Source of the DNA: Histomonas meleagridis 2922-C6/04-290x
Lineage: Eukaryota; Protista; Parabasalia
Length of the DNA: 64,000 bases
Direction of reading: 5' to 3'
Assembly (NCBI GenBank): GCA_020184695.1
Contig: JAANOX010000190.1
Coordinates: forward strand, 186,744 to 250,743
Shown here: positions 1 through 9,889 of the stretch, piece by piece
How the letters are laid out: each line of letters opens with the position of its first letter
Position numbering within the stretch: position 1 is the stretch's first letter
Notes under the pieces: model-generated
Seen by the model: only the letters and a program-made list of their open reading frames with translations
Database searches by the model: none
Told to the model about the DNA's origin: nothing
Translations under genes and position numbers: made by a program

Positions 1-684
1 TTGAATGCATTTATTATTATGGAGATTCAGAACCAGAAATTAGTGAAAATGCATTTTATAATGTTTTAACAAGTGTTATCACATATCCAACATATGTAGG
101 GAGTAAATTTGGAAATTTAGATGTTGCCAAAGAAAACACAGAAGGAACATGCGAACCACTTCCAACGCATTCATTTAGTCAATCGAATACATTTACTGCA
201 TCATTACAAAGTGATATTTCATTTTCATTATCATTTTCATGTACATTAACAATTACATTATCAATTACACATTCATTAACTATTTATGAAACACAAACGA
301 AAACATTTTCATTATATATAAATAATTCGACATTTTCATATATTGAAACAGAATTTATTTATTACAGTTATACAGTTGTTATTTATTCGACTTATTATAA
401 TTATTATTCCAATTTCTTTACAATGTTTTACACTTCCAATGAAAATTCACCAAATGGAATTACGACAAATGCTTTGATTGGAATTATTTGCGGATCATTT
501 GCATTTGTTTTTGGTCATTGTTGGAATTGTTATATTATTTTTAGTGAAAAGTAATAACAAGAAAGAAAAATCGAAATCAAAGTTACAATTTAAGGACACG
601 ACAACGTCAAGTACAAAGCAAATCGAAGAAGTAAATAGTTTAGTTGAAGATATTGTGAAAGAAGATGAAGACAATTGGCTATGA
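1..684 (+). pseudogene. 3' part of a BspA-like LRR surface protein (S/T-rich stalk, TM helix, acidic tail); 5' end outside window; one +T frameshift
   Basis: Frame 3 from nt 3 reads ECIYYYGDSEPEISENAF..., nearly identical to 2467-2994. An extra T in the T5 run 508-512 shifts frame inside the TM helix; the tail continues in ORF 478-684 (VIVGIVILFLVKSNNKK...EDEDNWL*). May be an assembly homopolymer error. Confidence 0.75.
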
Positions 685-1377
685 ATAAAATGTGTAATAA
701 TAAACATTTTTTGATTCAATTTTTATATAAAAATTATGTGTTGTCATATTAAATAAAATGAAATCATATTAACGAAATATCATTTTTACTTTAAAATGTT
801 TTGAATTAGTGTATTTAAATATGTAATTTTGGATTTTATGATTTTTAAATAGTATCAATAATTTTGAATACTGATTGTAAATACATTTAATGTTCAAAAG
901 CTTTTGAATGAAATTGGATAAACTTTACTTGAATTCATCATTCTCAAAATCGAAAAATATTTTATAAATTAAAGATACAATGTAATTGATTTCGGACATA
1001 AAGAACTCCTTATATTTTGTTTATTTCATATAAAATCATTAATATTCAAACAAGAAATAGCTGAATTGCCAACGTTTTAAAAAAGTATTAATTTTATGAT
1101 GATGGAAACATCTTAGATAAATGAACGGCACACCAAATTAAAGCATAAATTCCGTTCTATAACATATATTCATTGTGTTATTTAAAAGTGAAAATATAAT
1201 GTTTTAAGGCTGTTTCTTTGATTGTCGTTTTGAAAAATCGATAGAAATATTTAAAAATTGGTTTGAAAAACGACAATAAAACAACAGGTTTTTAAAAGTT
1301 TAACCGTGAGATTTTAAACTTTTGAGATAGCCGATGTATAATTGGTGAAGGTCTATAGATATATTACAAGCTGAAAC

Positions 1378-2016
1378 ATGATGATCTTTCTTTTATTCAG
1401 CATTTCGATCATGATGAAACGATTTATAACCGATACAAAGCTTATTACACCTTATATCATTCAAAAAGAAATATTACAAATACAAAACCACGAAAACATG
1501 AAAAGTATGACTTACAAATGTGATGGGGATGTATCAATAAATGAAATTATGAACAAAAAATTTAAAAGATTTCATAATAATTATAAAGTTTTGATAAACA
1601 AATTATTTTTAAATTTGATACCATATAATGAATCTACAATAGTTGTACATCAGAATTTTAATAACAAACAAAAAATTCCAAGAACATATTTTTCAAACAT
1701 TTTGAAAAAATACTTCGAATTTGATATATTTGTCAAAAATGGTATATTTGATAAAACATACAACAAATCTTATGAAGATGTATATCCTATAAATCGTGAA
1801 TTTTCACATTTTTTTATGATGCGAAACTACAACGAAGAAGGACCAAACATTTTGAATGTTTTACTTCATTTAACCATCATTTTTTCAATGACATTTTCGG
1901 TTATTTATATCAAATTTTATCAGAAAAACACAATTTCAGTTCAGAAAATATTAACGACCAAATATGCATTGAAAGTAAAAGATAAGAAAAAAATTGAAAA
2001 TATTTTAATTTTTGTT
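1378..2016 (+). CDS. Hypothetical N/K-rich ORF segment ending in a hydrophobic stretch + basic tail, in frame with the downstream BspA
   Basis: Open frame 1378-2202; C-terminal YIKFYQKN..LKVKDKK resembles YIKFLQKK..LKTKENK upstream of the BspA at 63277. No recognisable domain. Confidence 0.35.
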
Positions 2017-3269
2017 ATGTTTTTCATGAGTACTTATCAAATATATAATGAAGATAATTTAACACTTACAATCATAAATTCAAATGAATTTAATGAAATT
2101 TCTCAATATAAAAATATAACGAAATTTATAATTATCAGTGAAAATATTTATGAAATTCCAAGTGGTTCATTTTTCAGAATGGTCTTCAGTTGTTTCAGTT
2201 GATTTTGGTAACTCAGTCACAAATATTGGGGGTTCTGTGTTTTTCGTCATGTTTTTAATTTAGAAACGATTATAATTGAGGAAATGTTACAACAATTGGT
2301 GATGGAGCATTTTCAATGTGTTCATCAATCAAAAACATTACAATTCCAAATTCAGTTTCAGCAATTGGAAATTATGCATTTTCATCATGTTCTAATTTAA
2401 CTTTATTAACACTTGGATATGGAATAAGAAAAATTGGAGTTTCAGCATTTGGGAATTGTTATCAACTTGAATGCATTTATTATTATGGAGATTCAGAACC
2501 AGAAATTAGTGAAAATGCATTTTATAATGTTTTAACAAGTGTTATCACATATCCAACATATGTAGGGAGTAAATTTGGAAATTTAGATGTTGCCAAAGAA
2601 AACACAGAAGGAACATGCGAACCACTTCCAACGCATTCATTTAGTCAATCGAATACATTTATTCAATCAAATACATATGCACAGTCAGATTCAATAACAT
2701 TCTCAGAATTATACTCATTTAGTCAATTGAATACATTTTCTATTTCGAATACATTTACTGCATCATTACAAAGTGATATTTCATTTTCATTATCATTTTC
2801 ATATACATTAACAGTTACATTATCAATTACACATTCATTAACTATTTATGAAACAAAAACGAAAACATTTTCATTATATATAAATCATTCGACATTTTCA
2901 TATATTGAAACAGAATTTATTTATTACAATTATACGATTGTTATATATTCGACTTATTATAATTATTATTCCAATTTCTTTACAATGTTTTACCCTAATG
3001 TTAATGATAATCAAAATAACGATAATAAAACGACGATTATCATCATTTCTGTTTGTGTAATCGTTATAGTAATAGTCATTATCATATTATTAATAATATT
3101 TTTGAAACATATTCGAAATAAAAAAGAAGAAATTTATGAAAATGATAAATCAGAACAAAATGAAAACGAAACGACTAATACATTTACTACAGGAATAAGT
3201 AACATAAATATTGAAGAAGATCCATTTGCTGAAGATTTTCAAGAAGAAAAATTTATTGAACGAATATAA
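2017..3269 (+). pseudogene. BspA-like (TpLRR) surface protein with TM and DPFAEDFQEE tail, broken by 4 single-base indels
   Basis: TpLRR repeats (ITIPNSVSAIGNYAFSSCSNL), FSQSNTF stalk, TM IIIISVCVIVIVIVIIILLIIF. +T in T5 runs 2170-74, 2240-44, 2252-56 and a -1 near 2279; the net +2 matches the frame change from 2017 to the 2316 ORF. Confidence 0.75.
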
Positions 3270-3559
3270 TTTTCAATATTAGATATTTGTAAATCTAATC
3301 ATAATACTGTTGAACTATTATCAATTTTTATCAAACATATATATCTGAAATCAACACACAAGAAACATATTATTTATTAGAGAAAATGATAGAACAAAAC
3401 TTAATTGATAAAAACATTACTAGAAATATTTATTCAGAATATTTTTCGCATTACAAATCAGAAAAAGAAAACAAATATGCATATAATGATGCATTCGAAA
3501 AATCTTTTTTTTAAAATTATGAGGAGCTCAGAAAGAATGATTGGGAACTTCTTAAACTA

Positions 3560-4130
3560 TTAATTAAAGATGAAGCTAATCCAAATGAAAGTACAAAAAT
3601 AATTCGAAATGATGAAATAGGAAAACTTCAAGAAATAGCATCACAAAAAAATTTTAATTTTAATCAAATAATTAAACCATCACTTTATGAAAGATATTCA
3701 TTTATTAATAAAGAAAATGTATCATGAATTGGTTATACAACATTTTTTTCATCAGTTTTAATGTTTTAAATATTTACTTATGAATAGTTCTAATGTTGAT
3801 AACGCAGGTAAACATGAAATTGCATGTGAAAATGAAGAAATAGTTCATTTATGTGAACAAAATCATTCTTCATTTGAAAAATCATATGAAACAGCAATAA
3901 AGTTTTATCAAAATGATATTTTTAAATATATTTATGAAAATAAATTAGAAAAAACACAACCAAATTCAAAAAACAATAAAATGTTAGGAAACAATGTTAA
4001 TGATTTGTGTTTTTGTTTTAGCATTGGAATTATAAAATATTTTGAAGAAGAAGGAATTAATGTTAATGATTCAACAAGAAATGGAAATTTATGTCTCGTT
4101 AAATATTTTCTTAGAAATAATCTAATTCCA
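3560..4130 (+). pseudogene. Decayed DUF3447-type ankyrin gene fragment
   Basis: Homologous to 7150-7670 and 35120-35690 (IIRNDEIGKLQEIASQ, ENEEIVHLCEQN, GNLCLVKYFL) with stops and frameshifts. Confidence 0.7.
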
Positions 4131-4238
4131 ACGTGCTCCAATTCTTCAAAGAAATTAACCCAAGTTATAACTGTATTGACTTGTCAAGTTTTCACTTTTT
4201 GTAAACATTTAAAACAAAATACAAAAAGTAGAACGTTA

Positions 4239-6470
4239 ATGAAAAGGTGTCTGCAAGTAAATGCAGAACATTTCTCAGTTCTTGACGATGAAGGGACCCT
4301 TGCTCTCACGAGCAATAATAATTTCCAGGTAATAGATGTTGAGTCTAACCTCAAACAAACATTTAATCTTAATAAATCTATCAAATTAATTCAAAGTTCA
4401 CAAAACCTTACACTCGGGACCGATGGTGCAACTTATGTCATGGACAACAAAAGTAACCTAACATCATATTTATTTCCTATTGGCTATGAAAATTCAATAC
4501 CAACTTCATTTTCATATTCAGCTTCAAAATCACATTTGTCAATTTCTGTGGATAACATAGTTTTAGTTTACGATCTTACAAGAAAACTGGATTCTTCTCT
4601 TGTTGCCTTATTACAAGGTCATGATGAAAGAGTTGTAAAATGTTCATTTTTAACATACCCAGGATATGAGCACATGCTAGTTACCTGTGGTGAAGATAGC
4701 AGATTTATAGTTTGGGACTTAAACAAAAGATGTATATGTTATGAATCACCATATGAATCTTCATTTTCAATTAAAGCAGTTTCAGTATTTTCTTCAACGC
4801 ATTACTTCGCTTTAACTTTTGAAGATGGCTATGTTCGACTTTATGATCCTTCACCAATAATAAATGGGAAACCATCAGTTTCGTTTGTCAAAATGATCAA
4901 CGTTTCAAAAATTGAATTGGAAGATTTCGAAGAAGAGGAAGAACAAAGCATAATAATTTCAAAAGTTAAACCAATCAAACAGCCAAAACCATCAACAGCA
5001 GGTGTACTTCCTCCCTCAATCATTTCTGCTGATTCTGCATCAGTTGGTAGCCGTGAATATCTTTTATGTGCTACTTCTAATTCGATCATTGCATTAAATA
5101 TCGCCACATTTGAGAAATTTGTAGTTACAACTTTTGACGAAGAAATCACTGAGATATCTTTCCATGGGTTAGTAGTTGCATCCAAGTCATCTTTTTCCAC
5201 GAAAATTACAATTCAAAGAATTTCGATTGGTTTCATACCTGAAATTGGTTTAAAACTATTTCCTGAAGATCCTCCGCCCGAAAATTCCATTTTAATGACC
5301 AGTATTCAGCTTAAAACTAAGCAAACAACGCCAATTGCAACATTACACAAGAACGTTAAAAGCAGCGGTTATGCCAAAAAACCGCCATCATCCCGCTTTA
5401 CCAACAAAAAGGTTATCAAGAAACCAGTCATCAAGAAAAATGTTAATCCTCAACCATTGGTTACAAAATTTAGTCCACACATGAATATGTCAAACACATT
5501 TACTCCATTTGAAGTACCAATTTATACAGCTGCACTTTCTGCAGATGGGAAACGACTTATTTGTGCAGACAATAATGGAACAATTGTGTTTGTAAAATCA
5601 AAATCAACACCAGCATATATTGGCCATTCACAACTTGTTACATCTCTTTCATGGAATACAAAACATGGATTCCTAAGCTCGTCGCTTGATAGGACTGTTA
5701 AGATATGGGATATTGATAGGCCAGATCCACTTCTTACCATCAACAAAACTAAGAGCGAAACGCGGGGCACCCCATTCACCGATGATGTCACTTTTTCATC
5801 GTTTTTTTGGAACGATAAGTTTATCGTTCTATCGTATGGCAAAACGGTTGCATTATATGGTTATCATCTTCCTTCTTTATCAAGTAATGCAAAAGCAATT
5901 TCAGAAATGCACCAAACTGGAACTTATAAGAATGTCCATTCTACCAATATTTCTTCTGGTAAAATAGTTTCTATGTCTGCATCTAATTTACCTTCGTCAC
6001 CAATTGTTTTGGTTGTTAATAGTGAAAAATTAATTAACGCAATTGATTTTTATACTGGGCAAAAGGTTCTTGACATTCAATCACAACATGAACGACCTGT
6101 TCATACAATAATTGGAAATTATGGAGGGATTTATACTCCGCGAACATCATCAACGCCAGACCTAGCAATCACAGGCGCATTTGATAACACAGTAAAGTTA
6201 TGGGATTTGAGATCTGCAAGATGTGAAAGAACATTTGTCAGTGGATCAAAAACAGTCAAAGTTGGAATGTGTTTTTCGCCTGATTCTAAGTATGTTGCTG
6301 TTGGAACTGATCGCATGGGAGTCGAAATTTGGGATGTTAAGCAAGGTACAGTTATTGAGAAATTGAAAGAGAATGTAAGAGGACATACTGTAACATGGCT
6401 ACAATGGAATCCTGCATCAGGGAGATTACAATGCGGACTTGAAAATGGATCAATAAAAATATTTTCATGA
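4239..6470 (+). CDS. WDR27: WD40-repeat protein, WDR27-like
   Basis: Multiple WD repeats; C-terminal HERPVHTI...TVKLWDLRSARCERTF matches the WDR27 C-terminus. ATG 4239 chosen over the ORF-track start 3780, which lies in the ankyrin remnant; a TCACTT Inr-like motif lies upstream. Confidence 0.7.
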   Translation: MKRCLQVNAEHFSVLDDEGTLALTSNNNFQVIDVESNLKQTFNLNKSIKLIQSSQNLTLGTDGATYVMDNKSNLTSYLFPIGYENSIPTSFSYSASKSHLSISVDNIVLVYDLTRKLDSSLVALLQGHDERVVKCSFLTYPGYEHMLVTCGEDSRFIVWDLNKRCICYESPYESSFSIKAVSVFSSTHYFALTFEDGYVRLYDPSPIINGKPSVSFVKMINVSKIELEDFEEEEEQSIIISKVKPIKQPKPSTAGVLPPSIISADSASVGSREYLLCATSNSIIALNIATFEKFVVTTFDEEITEISFHGLVVASKSSFSTKITIQRISIGFIPEIGLKLFPEDPPPENSILMTSIQLKTKQTTPIATLHKNVKSSGYAKKPPSSRFTNKKVIKKPVIKKNVNPQPLVTKFSPHMNMSNTFTPFEVPIYTAALSADGKRLICADNNGTIVFVKSKSTPAYIGHSQLVTSLSWNTKHGFLSSSLDRTVKIWDIDRPDPLLTINKTKSETRGTPFTDDVTFSSFFWNDKFIVLSYGKTVALYGYHLPSLSSNAKAISEMHQTGTYKNVHSTNISSGKIVSMSASNLPSSPIVLVVNSEKLINAIDFYTGQKVLDIQSQHERPVHTIIGNYGGIYTPRTSSTPDLAITGAFDNTVKLWDLRSARCERTFVSGSKTVKVGMCFSPDSKYVAVGTDRMGVEIWDVKQGTVIEKLKENVRGHTVTWLQWNPASGRLQCGLENGSIKIFS

Positions 6471-6632
6471 GAAATTGCGAAATTGACAAATTGAATGATT
6501 TGCTAATACAAACAAATCATTAATTTTGGACAGCTTAAAAACGCAACATTCTAATTAGAATGAAACTTCTTTGTTTAACTTTTTGTTTCTGTTTGCACTT
6601 TTACATATCCTATTCAAAATAAAACTCAAGCA

Positions 6633-8954
6633 ATGAATGAATGGAAAGCTCTCCAATTTGCTGAAAAAATAATTTTTGAGTTAGATAGCGAGAAAATTAC
6701 TCAATCAATACAAGCGATAATTGGAATTTATGATAAAAATTATCCCTATTCTTTTAATCTAATCATTAGTCAAATGATATATTTATCATTTGTAAAGCAA
6801 AAAGATGATTTTGATACATATTTAAATATTATTAAAGAAATTGAAACATTAGAAGAAACAAATAAAAGTTCTTCCAAAATTTTGGATGTTTTCACACAAT
6901 TTCTGCTTCATAAAAATTCACAAGAATCATATTATCTTCTTGAGACTCTCGTTTTACAAAATTTAATTGATTCAAGCGTCTTAAAGAATAAGAAAGATCC
7001 TTATTTTGCTCATCATATGTCTAAAAAAGATCTTAATAATTTAGCTCGTTATCAAATCGTAAAGAAATTCTTCGAAAACATTGATGAGCTTTCAAAAGAT
7101 GATTGGAAACTTCATAAACAATTAATTCAAGAAAGAGGCAACACATCAAATATTACAAAAGCTATTAGAAATGATAATATTCAAATACTTCAAGAAATAT
7201 CAACACAAAATAATTTCGATCTTAATAAAATAATTGAATTATCACTTTATGAAATAAATTCTTTTGTTGTGAATAATAAAATTACATTAATTGATTATGC
7301 AGCATTTTTTGGATCTGTTAAATGTTTTAAATATTTACTTATGAATGGTGCAAATGTAAATAATACAGGTAAATATGCAATCGCAGGTGGAAATGAAGAA
7401 ATTATTCATTTATGTGAACAAAATCATTCTGTTTTTAAGGATTCATATGAAATTGCAATTGAATTTCATCGAAATGATATCTTTAAATATGTTTATGAAA
7501 ATAAAATTGAAGATATTCCAAAATTAGAAGAACTTGGAAAGAAATGTGTTTTATATCATAACTATGAAATATTTACATTTTTACAAGATGAAGGAATGCA
7601 AATTACTTCTGATATTATTAATGAATCAGCAAAAATTGGAAATCTTTATCTCATTAAATATTTTTTAGAAGATAATCAACCTTCGAAAGATATTTTAGTT
7701 TTTTCATGTGAATCTAGAAATATTGAAGTTGTTCAATATGTTTTAACAAAAGAAGGAATTGATGTAAATGCTAAAGATATTTATTTGTTTTATTTGATAT
7801 TTATTTTAATATTTTGGGATTTCAAAATAATATTTGGAAATTATTTAAATTATTTAATACAGCACTTATGAAAGCATCTGAAAAAGGTTATACAGAAATA
7901 GTTAAATTACTTCTTGAACAAAAAGGAATTGATATTAATGCTAAAGATATTCATATGTTTTATATAGAATATATTTTAAGAATTTTGGATTTCAAAATAA
8001 TATTTGGAAATTATTTAAATTATTTAATACAGCACTTATTAGAGCATCTGCAAATGGTCAGACCGAAATAGTTAAATTACTTCTTGAACAAAAAGGAATT
8101 GATATTAATGCTAAAAATATTTATTTGCTTTATTTAGAATTTATTTTAATAAATCAATATTTCAAAATAATGATTTTTTGTTTTCAAATAATGTTTGGAA
8201 ATGAATCAAATTATTTGATACTGCAAGTATTTTTGCAATTCGAAATGGACATAGTGAAATACTGAAATTATTTCTTGAACAAGAAGGATTTGATGTTAAT
8301 GCATGTGATTTTTATTTATTTTAAATGATGTTTCTTAAAAAAATTAAATATTTTAAAATAAAATTTGGAAATTATTTTAATTGTTTGAGACATTACTTAT
8401 GATTGCAGTTGAAAATAATCATATTAATATAGTAAAAATATTACTAGAACAAGAAAATATTGATGTAAATATGTGTAATATTTTTAATGTTTTACTAAAG
8501 TTTGTTTAAATAATTTTATGTTTCAAAATAATATATGGAAATTCTTTTTATTATTTCAAACAGCACTTCATTTTGCTCTTAATAATATTGAAATAATGAA
8601 ATTGCTTCTTAAACAGAAGGGAATTAATGTTAATGTGCATGATATTTATTCATTTCGCTTCATATTAATATCAATAATATGGAATATCAAACGAATATTT
8701 GGAAATTATACAAATTATTCGAATCATTACTTATGCTAGCTTCTTATGATAATGAAAACGTAGATATAGTTAAATTACTTCTCGATCATGAAGGATTTGA
8801 TGTTAACCTTAGTATTTATTTGTTAAATTTAATGTTTTTAAATAATATTTGCAAAATTTACATATTATTTTTGATGGCACTTAAAAGAGCTTCATTTAGT
8901 AAAAAAATTGTTCAATTGATTCAAAATAAAATACAAGCTTCAAAAGAAAAATGA
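6633..8954 (+). CDS. DUF3447-type ankyrin-repeat protein 1, cryptically discontinuous (28 17-nt inserts); reconstructed about 614 aa
   Basis: Open 6633-7778 (TLIDYAAFFGSVKCFKYLL motif). Ankyrin blocks at 7859, 8029, 8220, 8390, 8560, 8724 and a cap at 8874-8954 are joined by single codons. 2322 - 28x17 - 1 (extra T in run 8174-79) = 1845 nt = 615 codons including TGA. Confidence 0.8.
7779..8873 (+). other. Array of 17-nt AT-rich inserts each followed by one retained codon (20-nt units), ankyrin gene 1
   Basis: Spacers 7779-7858 (DGGN), 7949-8028 (RWGN), 8119-8219 (RNFGD, one extra T), 8310-8389 (DNGE), 8480-8559 (KYGQ), 8644-8723 (HGGE), 8814-8873 (NAL). Confidence 0.85.
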
Positions 8955-9089
8955 GTAAATAGACGTCTCGTCATTATTATTAAAATTTTTTGAAAAATAT
9001 TATTATTTTTTTTTTCTTTTTGAAAAAAATCGACTTTTGCTTGGTTTACATTGAGGGACCGTTTATCGAATTAAGCATTCAATTAATTT

Positions 9090-9108
9090 AACGGTTTGGT
9101 CGACCTTT
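9090..9108 (+). promoter_or_regulatory. Trichomonad M3 (AACGGTT) + M5 (CCTTT) core promoter of a ribosomal protein gene
   Basis: AACGGTT 9090-96 and CCTTT 9104-08 immediately before ATG 9112; this architecture is established for Trichomonas vaginalis ribosomal protein genes. Confidence 0.7.
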
Positions 9109-9111
9109 CCA

Positions 9112-9516
9112 ATGTCTACAGTAGTCGCAGCTGAACACAAGCCAATCATTAAGAAGAAGAAGACAAGGTTCAACCGTATCCAATCAGACCTTTTCGTCCG
9201 CGTTAAGTCAAGCTGGCGTCTTACCCGTGGTATTGATTCAAGATTCCGTAAGAACCAACGTGGAACACCTGCACATCCAAAATGTGGTTATGGAAGTGAT
9301 AAAGAAACAAAGTACATGCTTCCAAATGGTTTCAGACCAGTTATTGTACACAACGTTAAAGAACTTGAACCATTATTCACCAATAACACAAAGTATTGCG
9401 CAGTTATTCACCACGCTGTTGGAGGAAAGCTTCGTCGTCAGATCGAAAAGGCTGCACAAGAAAAGAACATTTTCGTTTACAATGCTGGCTGCAGGATGAA
9501 GAAGGAAGAACAGTAA
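9112..9516 (+). CDS. RPL32: 60S ribosomal protein L32e
   Basis: KKKKTRFNRIQSD...WRLTRGIDSRFR...GYGSDKETKYMLPNGF...VHNVKELE. Confidence 0.97.
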   Translation: MSTVVAAEHKPIIKKKKTRFNRIQSDLFVRVKSSWRLTRGIDSRFRKNQRGTPAHPKCGYGSDKETKYMLPNGFRPVIVHNVKELEPLFTNNTKYCAVIHHAVGGKLRRQIEKAAQEKNIFVYNAGCRMKKEEQ

Positions 9517-9889
9517 ATCGCATTGCCTTATGTTTTTTTGTTACGTGTACATTGTCTTTATATGTTTCATTGTGGGAAAAAAAAATTATTAAAATATCAT
9601 AAACGGCTGCTTCGGGGCGTCCCAATTTTTGAATATATTGAAATTTCTGTTGAGAACGATCATGTGATGAAAAGCTTGAATTGAACACCTTTTAACTCTA
9701 AGCCTAATTCCAAAATAAAATACTTATAAATATATTTGAACCAGAAAAAAAATTGCATCCAGAATTTGAAAATTTAATATAAAATAAATTGATAGAAAAT
9801 ATTTAAAGATAATTTTAAACATTTATAAACAGCCGCATTGGCTTCATCCAAATGCACTCGATGTAATGCAATTCAAGACAAATGTTTTG

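Noticed and set aside
3780-6470. 896-aa ankyrin-family/WD40 fusion protein
   Set aside because: The first ~150 codons are part of a decayed DUF3447 relic whose upstream part is broken. An Inr-like motif and ATG 4239 give a normal WDR27 start.
7777-7860. U12-type AT-AC intron (ATATTT...AATAC)
   Set aside because: It lacks the ATATCCTT 5' consensus, and excision gives AAA GAG CAC TT, which is out of frame and loses the hairpin residues.
7859-8028. Simple -1/+1 ribosomal frameshifting or T4 gene 60-type matched-codon hop
   Set aside because: A frameshift would translate the stop-containing spacers. Take-off codons (e.g. GAT, GGA) do not match the 17-mer ends (mostly TTT).
7779-8873. CRISPR-like repeat/spacer array
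   Set aside because: The repeated unit is a 90-nt ankyrin-coding block and the spacers are mutually homologous; the context is eukaryotic and there are no cas genes.
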